A stretch of DNA of 64,000 nucleotides from an uncultured Bacteroidota bacterium (GTDB lineage Bacteria; Bacteroidota; Bacteroidia; Flavobacteriales; Flavobacteriaceae): NCBI GenBank assembly GCA_903861155.1, contig CAIOTL010000063.1, positions 2,536 to 66,535 on the forward strand. Direction: 5' to 3'. Both the position numbers and the translations under genes were made by a program. Shown piece by piece: positions 47,409 through 55,663 of this stretch; within the stretch, counting starts at the first letter, position 1; each line of letters opens with the position of its first letter. The notes below the pieces were generated by a model, which worked only from the letters and a program-made list of their open reading frames with translations, was not told the DNA's origin and searched no databases.

Positions 47409-48164
47409 CTACCCTATCCAATTTTTAAAATTGGATACTTTTTCTCTACTTACCACCACTTCTTCTTCCTTATAAGTAGGCAAAATTACCTTTAATCTCG
47501 AATTAGAATACACAACAATTTCCTTAATTGCTTTTAATGGAACAATGAATTTTCGACTTATCCGGTAGAATTCTGTTGGATTTAACTCTTGTTCTAAAAC
47601 CTCCAAAGTCGATTCTATCAGGTAATTTCTATTGTCGAAAGTATGAATATAAGTTCCTTTATTTTCGCTAAAAAAACATTCAATTTCTTCTATAGAAATC
47701 ACTTTGAGATGTTGCCCAATTTTTACCGTAAATCGTTTTTTATAGTTTTTTTCAAATGGATTCAAAAGCATTTTTTTGATTTCCGCATAATCCAAATTTA
47801 GCCTTTCTTGTTTTGGCAAGCGAGCTGTAAATTTTAAAATTGCCACTTCTAAATCATCTTCATCAATGGGTTTCAAGAGATAATCTATGCTATTTAATTT
47901 GAATGCTTTTAACGCATATTCATCATAAGCTGTGGTGAAAATTACGGCACTTTTTATATCCATTTTTTCGAATATTTCAAACGATAATCCATCTGATAAT
48001 TGAATATCAAGAAAGATCAAATCTGGATGTTCATTCATAGAAAACCACTCGATAGATTCTTCCACTGAATGAAGCATAACTCCAACTTCAACATTTAGTT
48101 TTCCGAGTTTGCGTTGCAATAATCTTGCTGCCGGTTTTTCGTCTTCAATTATAATTGTAGTCAT
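47409..48164 (-). CDS. LytTR family response regulator
   Basis: IIEDE, FLDIQL, FTTAYDEYALKAF, DYLLKP; LytTR FYRISR. Confidence 0.95.
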   Translation of the reverse strand: MTTIIIEDEKPAARLLQRKLGKLNVEVGVMLHSVEESIEWFSMNEHPDLIFLDIQLSDGLSFEIFEKMDIKSAVIFTTAYDEYALKAFKLNSIDYLLKPIDEDDLEVAILKFTARLPKQERLNLDYAEIKKMLLNPFEKNYKKRFTVKIGQHLKVISIEEIECFFSENKGTYIHTFDNRNYLIESTLEVLEQELNPTEFYRISRKFIVPLKAIKEIVVYSNSRLKVILPTYKEEEVVVSREKVSNFKNWIG

Positions 48165-48165
48165 T

Positions 48166-48193
48166 TTTTGGGCTTTGGGTTTTGGGTTTTGGG
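48166..48193. repeat. Heptamer array (TTTTGGG) x4 just upstream of the LytTR ATG
   Basis: Coding strand reads CCCAAAA CCCAAAA CCCAAAG CCCAAAA A ATG. Confidence 0.9.
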
Positions 48194-48225
48194 CTAAAAT
48201 AATTTAAGCGCCAACAACTAAATTA

Positions 48226-48534
48226 TTAGTTCCATTTCTCCTTTTTATCTTTGTTCATTAACTCCTTTATTTTTCTTTCTTCCCACTCTTTTCCAAAGAA
48301 TAAATTACTCCCAAAAACTCCAGTTCCGTGAGCAAGTATTCCTATTCCCCAAAAGAATGCTGTCGAAAAATTTTCCCCTCTCCAAAATTCGCCATCATTA
48401 TGCATATAAATTTGCACAATTATAATCGAATTAATTACTAAATAAAAAAATAAATGAATATAAAATCCTCTTATGCTTTTGACTCTTCTTTTCGCTAAAA
48501 AATAGCGTTCATTTTCTTGAAAGTTCTTTTCCAT
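48226..48534 (-). CDS. 2TM domain protein
   Basis: AKRRVK.IRGFYIHL, WGIGILAHG, WEERKIKELM; start ATG 48534. Confidence 0.8.
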   Translation of the reverse strand: MEKNFQENERYFLAKRRVKSIRGFYIHLFFYLVINSIIIVQIYMHNDGEFWRGENFSTAFFWGIGILAHGTGVFGSNLFFGKEWEERKIKELMNKDKKEKWN

Positions 48535-48563
48535 TTTGTCTGTTTTTAAATTTAATCCTAAAA

Positions 48564-49592
48564 TTATTCCCAAGTTTGTTTACGGTCTTCTTTTTTCAAT
48601 ATTTCTTGAATTTTACGTTCCTCCCAATTAGAGCTATATCCATAAACTCGAAGTCCTTTCATCACTAATCCAAATCCCCACCCAAACATGGGAAACCAAA
48701 ACCATTGAAATCCGCTATTGTTTTTTAAATTTATAAAAATAAGGAATGGCATTATTAAACAATAAGAAATCAAACTAGTATAAAATCTTTTTATTTGATC
48801 CACTTTTCTTTTAGCGCTGTAATAAGCACTGTTTTCATTGTAATTTACATTTTCCATGATTGTGATTTGTTTAGTTAATATTGGTATTTTGACTATAAAT
48901 TGATTTTCGGTTTGTTCTATTTTAAGTTTCCTATTTGTGATAATTTCGTAACGACTAATAATATTATCGAGTCCAACACCTTGCCGATCTTGCAAAACAT
49001 CCTTTTTTTGATAATTATTCTGAATCACCAAAAAATCATCTTCCAAATAAACTTTAATATGTAAAGGCTTTTGCTCGCTCACTATGTTATGTTTGACAGC
49101 ATTTTCCAACAACAATTGCAAAGAAAGCGGAACAACCTTTGCTTCTATGTCAATGTTTTCCAACGGTAATTCACAAGAAAGACTATTTTCGAAACGCATC
49201 TTCAGTAAATTCATATAGGTTTTGGCGAAAGCTAATTCTTCTTCAATTGGAACCAATTCTTTGTCTTTTTGTTCTAAAACATAGCGATAAACCTTTGATA
49301 GAGAAGTCGTAAATCGTTGTGCATTTTCCGGATTTTCTTCTATCAACGAACTCAAAACATTGAGACTGTTAAATAGAAAATGGGGATCGATTTGGTTTTT
49401 AAGACTTTCGAATTTTGCATTTGCCGTTCCAGCAATAATTTTTTGAACCTTTATTTTGTTTTCCTGCCTTTTGAGAATTGATTTAATTAAATTATATACC
49501 CAAAACGAAACAAATAGTGTTGCAGTTAACCAAATAAATTGACGAATCATCTCAGGATTCCAACTTTCTATATTAAACCAATTCCTTTTCAT
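48564..49592 (-). CDS. LytS/YehU-type sensor histidine kinase with C-terminal 2TM domain
   Basis: LKNQIDPHFLFNSLN, QLLLENAVKH, GVGLDNI, then WEERKIQE; start ATG 49592 or 49598, downstream of promoter box 49612-49619. Confidence 0.9.
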   Translation of the reverse strand: MKRNWFNIESWNPEMIRQFIWLTATLFVSFWVYNLIKSILKRQENKIKVQKIIAGTANAKFESLKNQIDPHFLFNSLNVLSSLIEENPENAQRFTTSLSKVYRYVLEQKDKELVPIEEELAFAKTYMNLLKMRFENSLSCELPLENIDIEAKVVPLSLQLLLENAVKHNIVSEQKPLHIKVYLEDDFLVIQNNYQKKDVLQDRQGVGLDNIISRYEIITNRKLKIEQTENQFIVKIPILTKQITIMENVNYNENSAYYSAKRKVDQIKRFYTSLISYCLIMPFLIFINLKNNSGFQWFWFPMFGWGFGLVMKGLRVYGYSSNWEERKIQEILKKEDRKQTWE

Positions 49593-49719
49593 ATGCATTA
49601 ATAATTTTATACAAATGTAAGTTGCTTCTGCTTCTACTGAAATTTTTAAGTACTGAATTGTATAAATTGAATACTGAATTGTAATTTTCAATTATATTTA
49701 CCTCAAAAAGCAGCATTTT

Positions 49720-50277
49720 ATGAAACCCGAAAAAGAAAAAATTATTGACGGCGAACCTTATCCATTAGATGATGAAAATCTCAAAAAAGACAGACGTAAA
49801 GCTAAAAACTTACTACATCGGTTAAATGTAACTGAATACCGAATAACCAAAAATGCGAGATTGATTTTGAAAGAATTAATTCCGAATGCTGGAACTAATT
49901 TATACATCGAACCTCCCTTTTTCTGCGATTATGGTTATAATATTTTCTGCGATGACAATGTTTTTTTCAATGTAAACTGCGTAGTTTTAGACGAAAATAA
50001 AGTAACAATTGGCTCGAATGTATTTATCGGCCCAGGTGTTCAACTCTATACAGCCTCACATCCGTTTGATGCAATTATGCGTCGCACATATAAAATCTCG
50101 AAACCCATAACGATTGGCGATGATTGCTGGATTGGCGGAAACGCAATCATTTGTCCCGGAGCAACTATTGGAAATGGGTGTGTAATCGGTGCAGGTTCTG
50201 TGGTTACAAAAAACATTCCTGATAATTCGATGGCGGTTGGGAATCCCGCAAAAGTGATCAAGAAATTGAATTTATAA
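49720..50277 (+). CDS. Sugar O-acetyltransferase (maltose/galactoside acetyltransferase family)
   Basis: EPPFFCDYGYNI, IGDDCWIGG, GAGSVVTK, VGNPAKVIK. Confidence 0.92.
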   Translation: MKPEKEKIIDGEPYPLDDENLKKDRRKAKNLLHRLNVTEYRITKNARLILKELIPNAGTNLYIEPPFFCDYGYNIFCDDNVFFNVNCVVLDENKVTIGSNVFIGPGVQLYTASHPFDAIMRRTYKISKPITIGDDCWIGGNAIICPGATIGNGCVIGAGSVVTKNIPDNSMAVGNPAKVIKKLNL

Positions 50278-50311
50278 TTTTAGAAAATAATTAAAAATCT
50301 TATCAACAAAA

Positions 50312-50339
50312 CTAAAATCCGAAATCTAAAATCTAAAAT
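50312..50339. repeat. Heptamer array (CTAAAAT) x4 before promoter box TACCTTTG (50347-50354)
   Basis: CTAAAAT CCGAAAT CTAAAAT CTAAAAT. Confidence 0.8.
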
Positions 50340-50376
50340 TTAATTTTACCTTTGCTTTTCAATAAAAATACCCATT

Positions 50377-50916
50377 ATGGTTTATAAATTTAGAGTAATT
50401 CTCGATGCCGAAGAAGACATATTTAGAGATATTGCAATACGTGCAGACGATACTTTAGAAGATTTTCACAATGCCATTTTCAACTCTTTTGGGTTCGACG
50501 GAATGGAAGTTGCTTCATTTTATACTTGTGACGACACTTGGAATCAAGAAGATGAAATACCAATGTTTGATTCTGGTGATGTTCTTGGCGAACAAAAAAC
50601 AATGAGCGATTACTTGCTTTCGAATATTTTGGACAATGAAAATACCAAAATAATTTATGTTTATGACTTCATTAATATGTGGACTTTTCTAGTAGAACTA
50701 GCCGCAGTTGAAGAAATTGCTGCTGGAAATACCTATCCAGAAACTATTTTTTCGCATGGTGAAATGCCAGCCGAAGCAATGGAAAAACATTTTATTGCTT
50801 ATGAAGAAGAGGAAAGTTATAACGAGTTTGAAGATGATCTAGACGAAGATGATTTAGATATGTTCGAAGGAGATGATAGTTTTGAAGACTACGGATTTGA
50901 AGAAAACTGGAACTAG
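50377..50916 (+). CDS. pRiA4b ORF-3 / IS1096 passenger TnpR-like protein with acidic tail
   Basis: IFRDIAI..DTLEDFHNAI..SFGFD, YVYDFINMWTFLVEL; Asp/Glu-rich C-terminus. Confidence 0.7.
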   Translation: MVYKFRVILDAEEDIFRDIAIRADDTLEDFHNAIFNSFGFDGMEVASFYTCDDTWNQEDEIPMFDSGDVLGEQKTMSDYLLSNILDNENTKIIYVYDFINMWTFLVELAAVEEIAAGNTYPETIFSHGEMPAEAMEKHFIAYEEEESYNEFEDDLDEDDLDMFEGDDSFEDYGFEENWN

Positions 50917-50950
50917 GACTAAGCCAGAAGCAAAATAAAAATATTAATTT

Positions 50951-50995
50951 AGAACCAAGATTCGAGACATTAGTTCTGTCTTTCATCTTGGTTCT
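50951..50995 (+). terminator. Hairpin between the pRiA4b-like and NAP genes
   Basis: AGAACCAAGAT...ATCTTGGTTCT 11-bp stem with inner GAGACA/TGTCTT. Confidence 0.55.
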
Positions 50996-51018
50996 TTCTT
51001 CTAAAAAAATAAAAAAAT

Positions 51019-52077
51019 ATGATCAATTTATTTAATACACACATCGAAACTTTATCCATTCATAGAGTTGGAAACAAAAGCCGTAACGAAGAAATATTCT
51101 TATCGGAACAGCCTTTCAATTTGAATGATGAAGTGATGCCTTTGATGAAAGAATATTTCTTTAAACCCTTTAGAGAAAAAGAAGAAAACTACTTTCAATT
51201 TGCCCACGAAGTAGATTTAGACTACAATGACATGTTTAAATTTGCAACTCAAATATTCGAAAATCCAAGTAGTTTACATGAAGTATCAAAGCAGATTACA
51301 ACTCATTTATTTGAGCAATCGAACCATCCACACATCAAAAACGGAGAAGTCTATGTGGCGCATTTAACCAATGTAAACATTGACAACAATGTGGTAGATG
51401 CAATTGGAATTTTTAAAAGTGAACTACAATCCGATTTTTTGCAGTTCGAAGAAAAAGACACCAATCTAGAAATGATTTTGCAACATGGTATAAACCTAAG
51501 CAAATTAGACAAAGGTTGTTTGATTTTCAATTATAAAAAAGAAGAAGGTTACAAAATCCTAACAGTAGACAGCAACCGTTATGACGCTCGTTACTGGCTG
51601 GAACATTTCCTTTCGGTAGATGCTTTTGAAGACGAAAATTTCATTACCAAAAAATACCTGAAATTTTGCCAAGGTTTTGCCAAAGATGTTGTTTTTCCTG
51701 CCGAAGACAAGAAAGAAGAGGTCATGTTTATGAACCGCAGCGTGAATTATTTTGCCAAAAATGACCAATTCGAAGAAAGCAATTTCTTGAATGAAGTCTT
51801 GGATAACCCGGATTTACTTCCTGAATTTAAAAATTACAAAGTTGATAAAGGGGAAAAATATAGCATCGAAGACGTGACTTCATTTCCCATTGCCAATGCA
51901 GCTGTTTCTGACGCCAGAAAATCGATTAAAAACATAATTAGCCTTGATACAAATATTCAAATAAAAATGGATTTCATCAACCCAGAAAGCGCCGAAAAAT
52001 ATGTGGAAAAAGGATGGGATGAAGAAAAACAAATGTATTATTATCTTGTTTATTTTAACAAGGAAGTGAAGAATTAG
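51019..52077 (+). CDS. Nucleoid-associated protein (NA37/YejK-like family)
   Basis: LSIHRVGNK, HPHIKNGEVYV, IGIFKSE, KLDKGCLIF, YW...FL pattern. Confidence 0.7.
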   Translation: MINLFNTHIETLSIHRVGNKSRNEEIFLSEQPFNLNDEVMPLMKEYFFKPFREKEENYFQFAHEVDLDYNDMFKFATQIFENPSSLHEVSKQITTHLFEQSNHPHIKNGEVYVAHLTNVNIDNNVVDAIGIFKSELQSDFLQFEEKDTNLEMILQHGINLSKLDKGCLIFNYKKEEGYKILTVDSNRYDARYWLEHFLSVDAFEDENFITKKYLKFCQGFAKDVVFPAEDKKEEVMFMNRSVNYFAKNDQFEESNFLNEVLDNPDLLPEFKNYKVDKGEKYSIEDVTSFPIANAAVSDARKSIKNIISLDTNIQIKMDFINPESAEKYVEKGWDEEKQMYYYLVYFNKEVKN

Positions 52078-52119
52078 TTTTCAACAATCCATCGAAGTTC
52101 TCTAAAGAATGAATATTCC

Positions 52120-52152
52120 AATCCTCAATTAGTAAATAGTTGAGGATTTTTT
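52120..52152 (+). terminator. Intrinsic terminator after the NAP gene
   Basis: AATCCTCAA-loop-TTGAGGATT plus T run. Confidence 0.75.
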
Positions 52153-52311
52153 ATGTATTCCCGTTGTTTACTTTCAAAACATTGGAGTTAAAAATATTTT
52201 TTTTGTAAGATTTTATTTATTTATAAATAAAAATTGAGTACTTAATCGATTTTATTAGTGTTTTAAACGGATATAAAGTATATTTACTAACCCAAATTTA
52301 ATTAACTCAGT

Positions 52312-52551
52312 ATGAACACCAACACAATCAGGAATAGAATTTCCATACCGAAAATTTTGTGTTCTTTAGTTGGACATAAAATTACCACGACAAGAAATGT
52401 GACGAATCATTTTAAGGAATATAAATGTTCCATTTGTGGTTTAGAATTGACAAATGACCTCGAAGGTCATAAAACATTTCTCACCCCCGAACTTAAAGAC
52501 ATTAACGAAACATTAATTAGTCTATACAACAAAAGACATTTCTCTATCTAG
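52312..52551 (+). CDS. Small Cys/His protein (DUF1660-like, putative zinc ribbon)
   Basis: LCSLVGHK...YKCSICG; 79 aa. Confidence 0.6.
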   Translation: MNTNTIRNRISIPKILCSLVGHKITTTRNVTNHFKEYKCSICGLELTNDLEGHKTFLTPELKDINETLISLYNKRHFSI

Positions 52552-52699
52552 TAATTCATCCTAAAAGCCCCAAAAAGATGCTAATACTACTATTAATTAA
52601 AAGCCTACTAACGTTAAGACAAACGTTCATTCAAAAAAGAGTTGCTCGATTAGCCAAGATATAACTTTGCCGATGGAAAACAATATATTTGTTTAATTT

Positions 52700-53770
52700 T
52701 TACTCGAAATTATTACTAAAAACATTAATGTTTTTATAATTTCTTATAATAAAATCAAAAATTGCATTCAGTACATTTCCCATAGATTTTGCCCTTTTAA
52801 AGTTCAAATCATGGGTAAAATTGAACAATCCTAATTTTAATTTTTGGACATTTTCGTCAGGGGCAATAGTATCATTGCCCATTATAGTCAATAACTTTTT
52901 GATGCGGTTTTCGGCCGAATAAATTCTTTTGGCCAAAACCGCTCTTTCTTCATTTTTATATTGCTCTATCGAACTTTCTTCGAGTTTATCTTCGACTAAT
53001 TTTACCATTGGATAATTTTCCTTAAAAAACTGTGGCCGATATACTTTTAAATTTCCTTCGTAACATTGCTGATCAAAATCGATTGGACGAATCCGATAAA
53101 CCACCTGGTCAAAATCGTGTATGGGAACAATTACGTAATTATAGGCTCGCATATCGCCAAGAAGCCGAATCACACAACGCTCATTAAATTTAACAAATTC
53201 TTTTGCTATCTGTGATTTTTCAGTCACCGTACAATTTATTAAAAGCGTATCCATAAAAACATCTCCAGGAATTCCCATGATATGTTCTTCAATCAAAGTG
53301 TCTTTATATACCAAAAATTGCACTTTATCTGGAGAGAGAATATGCTCCAATTCTAAACCATAAACCCGTGAAGCATCCGCTTTTTTGACATAAAAATAGA
53401 CATAATTATCGTTCAAAATATTCCTGACTTTTATTCTAAAAGGTTTTGAATTCCCAAAAGTACAGTAGTCAATTGCATCAACATTCAAAAATTTTATGGT
53501 ATCCAAATTCCCATCCGAATACAAGTAGGAATACACTTTTTTAAGATTCAAATCAATGTCTTTTCTTTCGTGCTCACTATAATAAACCCTGATCCATAAG
53601 GTATCTTGGTCTTTTTTGTCGAACACATTTATGGAACCTGAAAAACGCAACAAATCATCATAGAAAATTGGAACTTTAGATATACGGTCGTATCGTTCTA
53701 AATAATCCATAAGCGAATTATTTATGGGATACGTTGGTTTTTTAAAAACCATTAATGGTTCTTCGTTCAT
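52700..53770 (-). CDS. Hypothetical protein with atypical (PI3K/HipA-like) kinase motifs
   Basis: GNSKP, YVKK, GDMRAYN, IDFD in kinase order; promoter box TAAATTTG at 53788-53795. Confidence 0.7.
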   Translation of the reverse strand: MNEEPLMVFKKPTYPINNSLMDYLERYDRISKVPIFYDDLLRFSGSINVFDKKDQDTLWIRVYYSEHERKDIDLNLKKVYSYLYSDGNLDTIKFLNVDAIDYCTFGNSKPFRIKVRNILNDNYVYFYVKKADASRVYGLELEHILSPDKVQFLVYKDTLIEEHIMGIPGDVFMDTLLINCTVTEKSQIAKEFVKFNERCVIRLLGDMRAYNYVIVPIHDFDQVVYRIRPIDFDQQCYEGNLKVYRPQFFKENYPMVKLVEDKLEESSIEQYKNEERAVLAKRIYSAENRIKKLLTIMGNDTIAPDENVQKLKLGLFNFTHDLNFKRAKSMGNVLNAIFDFIIRNYKNINVFSNNFE

Positions 53771-53868
53771 TTTGAATATATTTGATACAAATTTACACTA
53801 AATTCTATTTCGAAAGTAACAAAAACAATGCTTGCACGTCTTATTAAAAATCAAATCCCAAAAAAAAA

Positions 53869-54765
53869 TTGGAAACAATACTCAAAATTGACAATCTCCA
53901 CAAACGATATGGCAGTATTCAAGCTTTAAAAAATGTTTCTTTCGAAATAAAAAAAGGTAATGTTTACGGCATTCTTGGTCCAAATGGAAGCGGAAAATCA
54001 ACAACCTTGGGAATTGTTCTCAATGTCGTCAATAAAACTTCCGGACAATACAGATGGTTTGGAGGAACAATGCAAACGCACGACGCTTTAAAAAAAGTGG
54101 GAGCCATTATCGAAAGACCCAATTTCTATCCTTATATGACGGCCGAAGAAAACCTGAAATTAGTTTGCAAAATCAAAAATATCAATTATTCCAAAATAGA
54201 TGAAAAACTGGAATTGGTTGGTTTAAATGAGCGAAAAAACAGCAAATTCAGTACTTTTTCGCTGGGAATGAAACAACGATTGGCAATTGCTTCTGCCCTA
54301 TTGAATGATCCTGAAATATTGATTCTGGATGAACCCACAAACGGTTTGGATCCGCAAGGAATCCACCAAATTCGTGATATTATCAAACAAGTTGCCGCTG
54401 AAGGAACCACCATTTTACTCGCTTCGCACTTGCTGGACGAAGTCGAGAAAGTGTGTTCCCACGTCATAATTTTAAGAAAGGGCCAAATTTTGTATTCGGG
54501 TTTGGTCGATGGAATGTCGGCGAACGAAGGTTTTTTCGAATTACAAACGGACGATGGCGAAAACTTGGCGAAAGTTTTGAAAACGCATCCTGCAGTTGAA
54601 AGCGTCAAAACTATGGATGGTAAGGTATTGGCTTATTTAAAAAATCCATTGGAATCCAAAGAATTAAACCGATTCTTATTTGAAAAAAACATTGTTTTAA
54701 GTCATTTGGTAAAACGCAAGAATAGCCTGGAAGAGCAGTTTTTGGAATTGACAAACAATCAATGA
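53869..54765 (+). CDS. ABC transporter ATP-binding protein (BcrA-like)
   Basis: GPNGSGKS, FSLGMKQRLAIA, ILDEPTNGLD; TTG start. Confidence 0.93.
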   Translation: METILKIDNLHKRYGSIQALKNVSFEIKKGNVYGILGPNGSGKSTTLGIVLNVVNKTSGQYRWFGGTMQTHDALKKVGAIIERPNFYPYMTAEENLKLVCKIKNINYSKIDEKLELVGLNERKNSKFSTFSLGMKQRLAIASALLNDPEILILDEPTNGLDPQGIHQIRDIIKQVAAEGTTILLASHLLDEVEKVCSHVIILRKGQILYSGLVDGMSANEGFFELQTDDGENLAKVLKTHPAVESVKTMDGKVLAYLKNPLESKELNRFLFEKNIVLSHLVKRKNSLEEQFLELTNNQ

Positions 54766-54811
54766 CAATGGCAATGTCAATTTTCATAAAATATCAAATT
54801 AAAAATTAAAA

Positions 54812-55648
54812 ATGAAACGATTACTCTCCATAGAACTGCAGAAAATTTGGTTAAACAAAGCCAGTCGTACCTTGACTTTAACTTATTTTATTTTACTTTC
54901 TTTTATAGCTTTAATAGCGTCTATAAAATTTGATCTCGGCATTTTTAAACTTCACCTCGCCGAAATGGGGATATTTAATTTTCCTTTTATTTGGCATTTC
55001 AACACGTATATCGCCGCCTGGCTAAAGTTCTTTTTGGCCATTGTCATCGTTTCGATGATGGCAAACGAATACAGTTACGGCACTTTGAAACAAAACCTGA
55101 TTGACGGAATGAGCAAAAAAGAATTGATATTGTCCAAGTTTTTGACCGTAACTTTATTTGCTTTTTGCTCCACGGTTTTTGTTTTTGTGATGAGTTTGAT
55201 TTTGGGTTACTGCTTTTCTTCTTACACGGAATTCGGTATTGTTTTTTCGGATTTGGAATATCTCTTAGCATTCTTTGTCAAATTAGTCGGTTTTTTTTCG
55301 TTCTGTCTGTTTCTAGGAATCTTGGTAAAACGTTCCGCTTTTGCAATTGGATTTCTTCTGGTTTGGTTCATAGCCGAAAATATTTTCAAAGGAATTTTAA
55401 ACTTTAGACTTTTTCCCGAAGGCAATACAGCGGCCAGTATTGAACAATTTCTTCCATTGGAATCGATTTCTAATTTGATTGTGGAACCATTTTCAAGATT
55501 ATCGGTTGTAAAAAACATTGGAACTAAAATTGGTCTGGACAACATCAAAGATTATGACGTGCATTTTTCGTCAATTTTGATTGTTATGACATGGATTTTC
55601 CTATTTATGCTACTTTCCTATAAATTATTAAAAAATAGAGATTTGTAG
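54812..55648 (+). CDS. ABC-2 type transporter permease
   Basis: Six TM segments, NEYSYGTLKQNLIDG. Confidence 0.88.
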   Translation: MKRLLSIELQKIWLNKASRTLTLTYFILLSFIALIASIKFDLGIFKLHLAEMGIFNFPFIWHFNTYIAAWLKFFLAIVIVSMMANEYSYGTLKQNLIDGMSKKELILSKFLTVTLFAFCSTVFVFVMSLILGYCFSSYTEFGIVFSDLEYLLAFFVKLVGFFSFCLFLGILVKRSAFAIGFLLVWFIAENIFKGILNFRLFPEGNTAASIEQFLPLESISNLIVEPFSRLSVVKNIGTKIGLDNIKDYDVHFSSILIVMTWIFLFMLLSYKLLKNRDL

Positions 55649-55663
55649 TATATTTGCGAAGCC

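Noticed and set aside
49593-49691. Longer N-terminus of the histidine kinase given by the ORF track
   Set aside because: Region contains a promoter box and a 21-bp repeat and does not read as a sensor domain; downstream ATG preferred
50377-50916. Insertion sequence implied by the IS1096-passenger family label
   Set aside because: No transposase, terminal inverted repeats or target duplication visible
52312-52551. Prophage implied by the DUF1660-like gene
   Set aside because: No integrase, structural, replication or lysis genes anywhere in the window
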